Assembly: GCA_973895155.1 (NCBI GenBank) | Contig: OZ316895.1 | Span: 13,689,186-13,753,185 of the forward strand | Length of the DNA stretch: 64,000 bases | From: Marsupella aquatica | Lineage: Eukaryota > Plantae > Marchantiophyta | Direction: 5' to 3' | Shown: positions 63,401-64,000 of the stretch, in pieces | Numbering within the stretch: the stretch's first letter is position 1 | Layout of the letters: every line of letters begins with the position of its first letter | Program-made: the position numbers and the translations under genes | The notes under the pieces: model-generated | The model's database searches: none | What the model was told of the DNA's origin: nothing | Seen by the model: only the letters and a program-made list of their open reading frames with translations

Positions 63401-64000
63401 TTGGCTGTAATATTCTCCCCAAAAAGTACTGAGAACACTTCCAAATGAGATCTTGAAAGAGCTCACGTTCATTGCACTCTGAGAAAAGTTGCTACGAAAC
63501 CATTCTAGAGGATCACTGTCATATCTCGTTTAAACAGAGTAATGTAAATACCCAGTCTGGCAGGCGATCCCCCAAACGATACAGGCTGTGCGTGAAAACC
63601 CCTTGTCCCCAGATCTCGTTGACATATGGGGCAGATGAAACGAGCTGCACAATGCAAGAACAGGAGAAACACAAGAGATATTACAAGGATTGTTCCAAAC
63701 TCGCAGCATGTGGTGTACTAGTGATCAAACTCCTATACGTGTGAATAAAGAACTGACTTTCTGCGGTATTACTTCAATGTACTTCTTCGCCACATAATAG
63801 AGTAACGAGTACATCTACAAGCGAAAGAATGAATCAGACACCATAGTCTTAAAAAATCCATCCGGGGCTCGTTCACTCGAACTGTTCCTTGGAAACATGA
63901 ACAGCTCAACCCTTTGGAATAATGATACAAACCTGTCCTCCTTGGCCTTCAGTTGTGTTAGCCTCATTGGTCTTCCAATTTGCATAACGCTGTCCCCTCT
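60488..64000 (-). CDS. START-fold phosphatidylinositol transfer protein (PITP/IP_trans family, RdgB/PITPNC1-like) with acidic FFAT-like tail; 5'-partial
   Basis: Exons >64000-63933, 63644-63552, 63213-63112, 62916-62794, 62524-62463, 62112-62032, 61591-61537, 61224-61156, 60876-60697 and probably 60571-60488, all phase-compatible. Spliced protein has GQRY, GVFTHSLYRLG.RLPDW, ALVIDEKTWMAYPH, DDGSSENILGL, VDIAFD, DP....SKKTGRGPL, PMMCAYKLV, YWGVQSRLE, HRNAFGYIDEWHDLTFEEI, collinear with PITP-alpha/RdgB domains. Confidence 0.9.

Noticed and set aside
63552-63580. Apparent frameshift in the PITP exon at a C5 run
   Set aside because: Recounting gives CGT TTG GGG GAT CGC CTG CCA GAC TGG (RLGDRLPDW); the exon is 93 nt and in frame.
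55488-64000. A single fused PITP-DUF547 gene
   Set aside because: The PITP frame reaches a stop at ~60488 (or ~60450 with alternative splicing), and no phase-compatible exon chain to the DUF547 exons was found.

Overview
Eukaryotic plant nuclear DNA with short GT-AG introns. Gene content and repeat style suggest a bryophyte such as a liverwort (inference, not established). Seven protein-coding genes were reconstructed by hand from splice sites and reading frames: a ferrochelatase with a C-terminal CAB/LHC motif (+, 5' end outside the window), an RLCK-V-type receptor-like kinase (-), a small acyl-CoA-binding protein (-), an intronless and highly divergent PLATZ-like zinc-finger gene (-), an intronless USE1 SNARE (+), a DUF547/MIP1-like gene (-) and a START-fold, 'animal-type' phosphatidylinositol transfer protein (PITP/IP_trans; -, 5' end outside the window). 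The PITP is the most notable feature: it has an FFAT-like motif and substitutions at two of the four canonical inositol-binding positions. Intergenic DNA holds a decayed ~2.6-kb pogo/DDE_1 transposon with TIRs and a TA target duplication, a ~287-bp MITE family with 8-bp TSDs, a kinase pseudogene fragment, probable LINE remnants, foldback hairpins and many short tandem duplications. No rRNA, tRNA or CRISPR array was recognised. Family assignments come from recalled motifs, not database searches.
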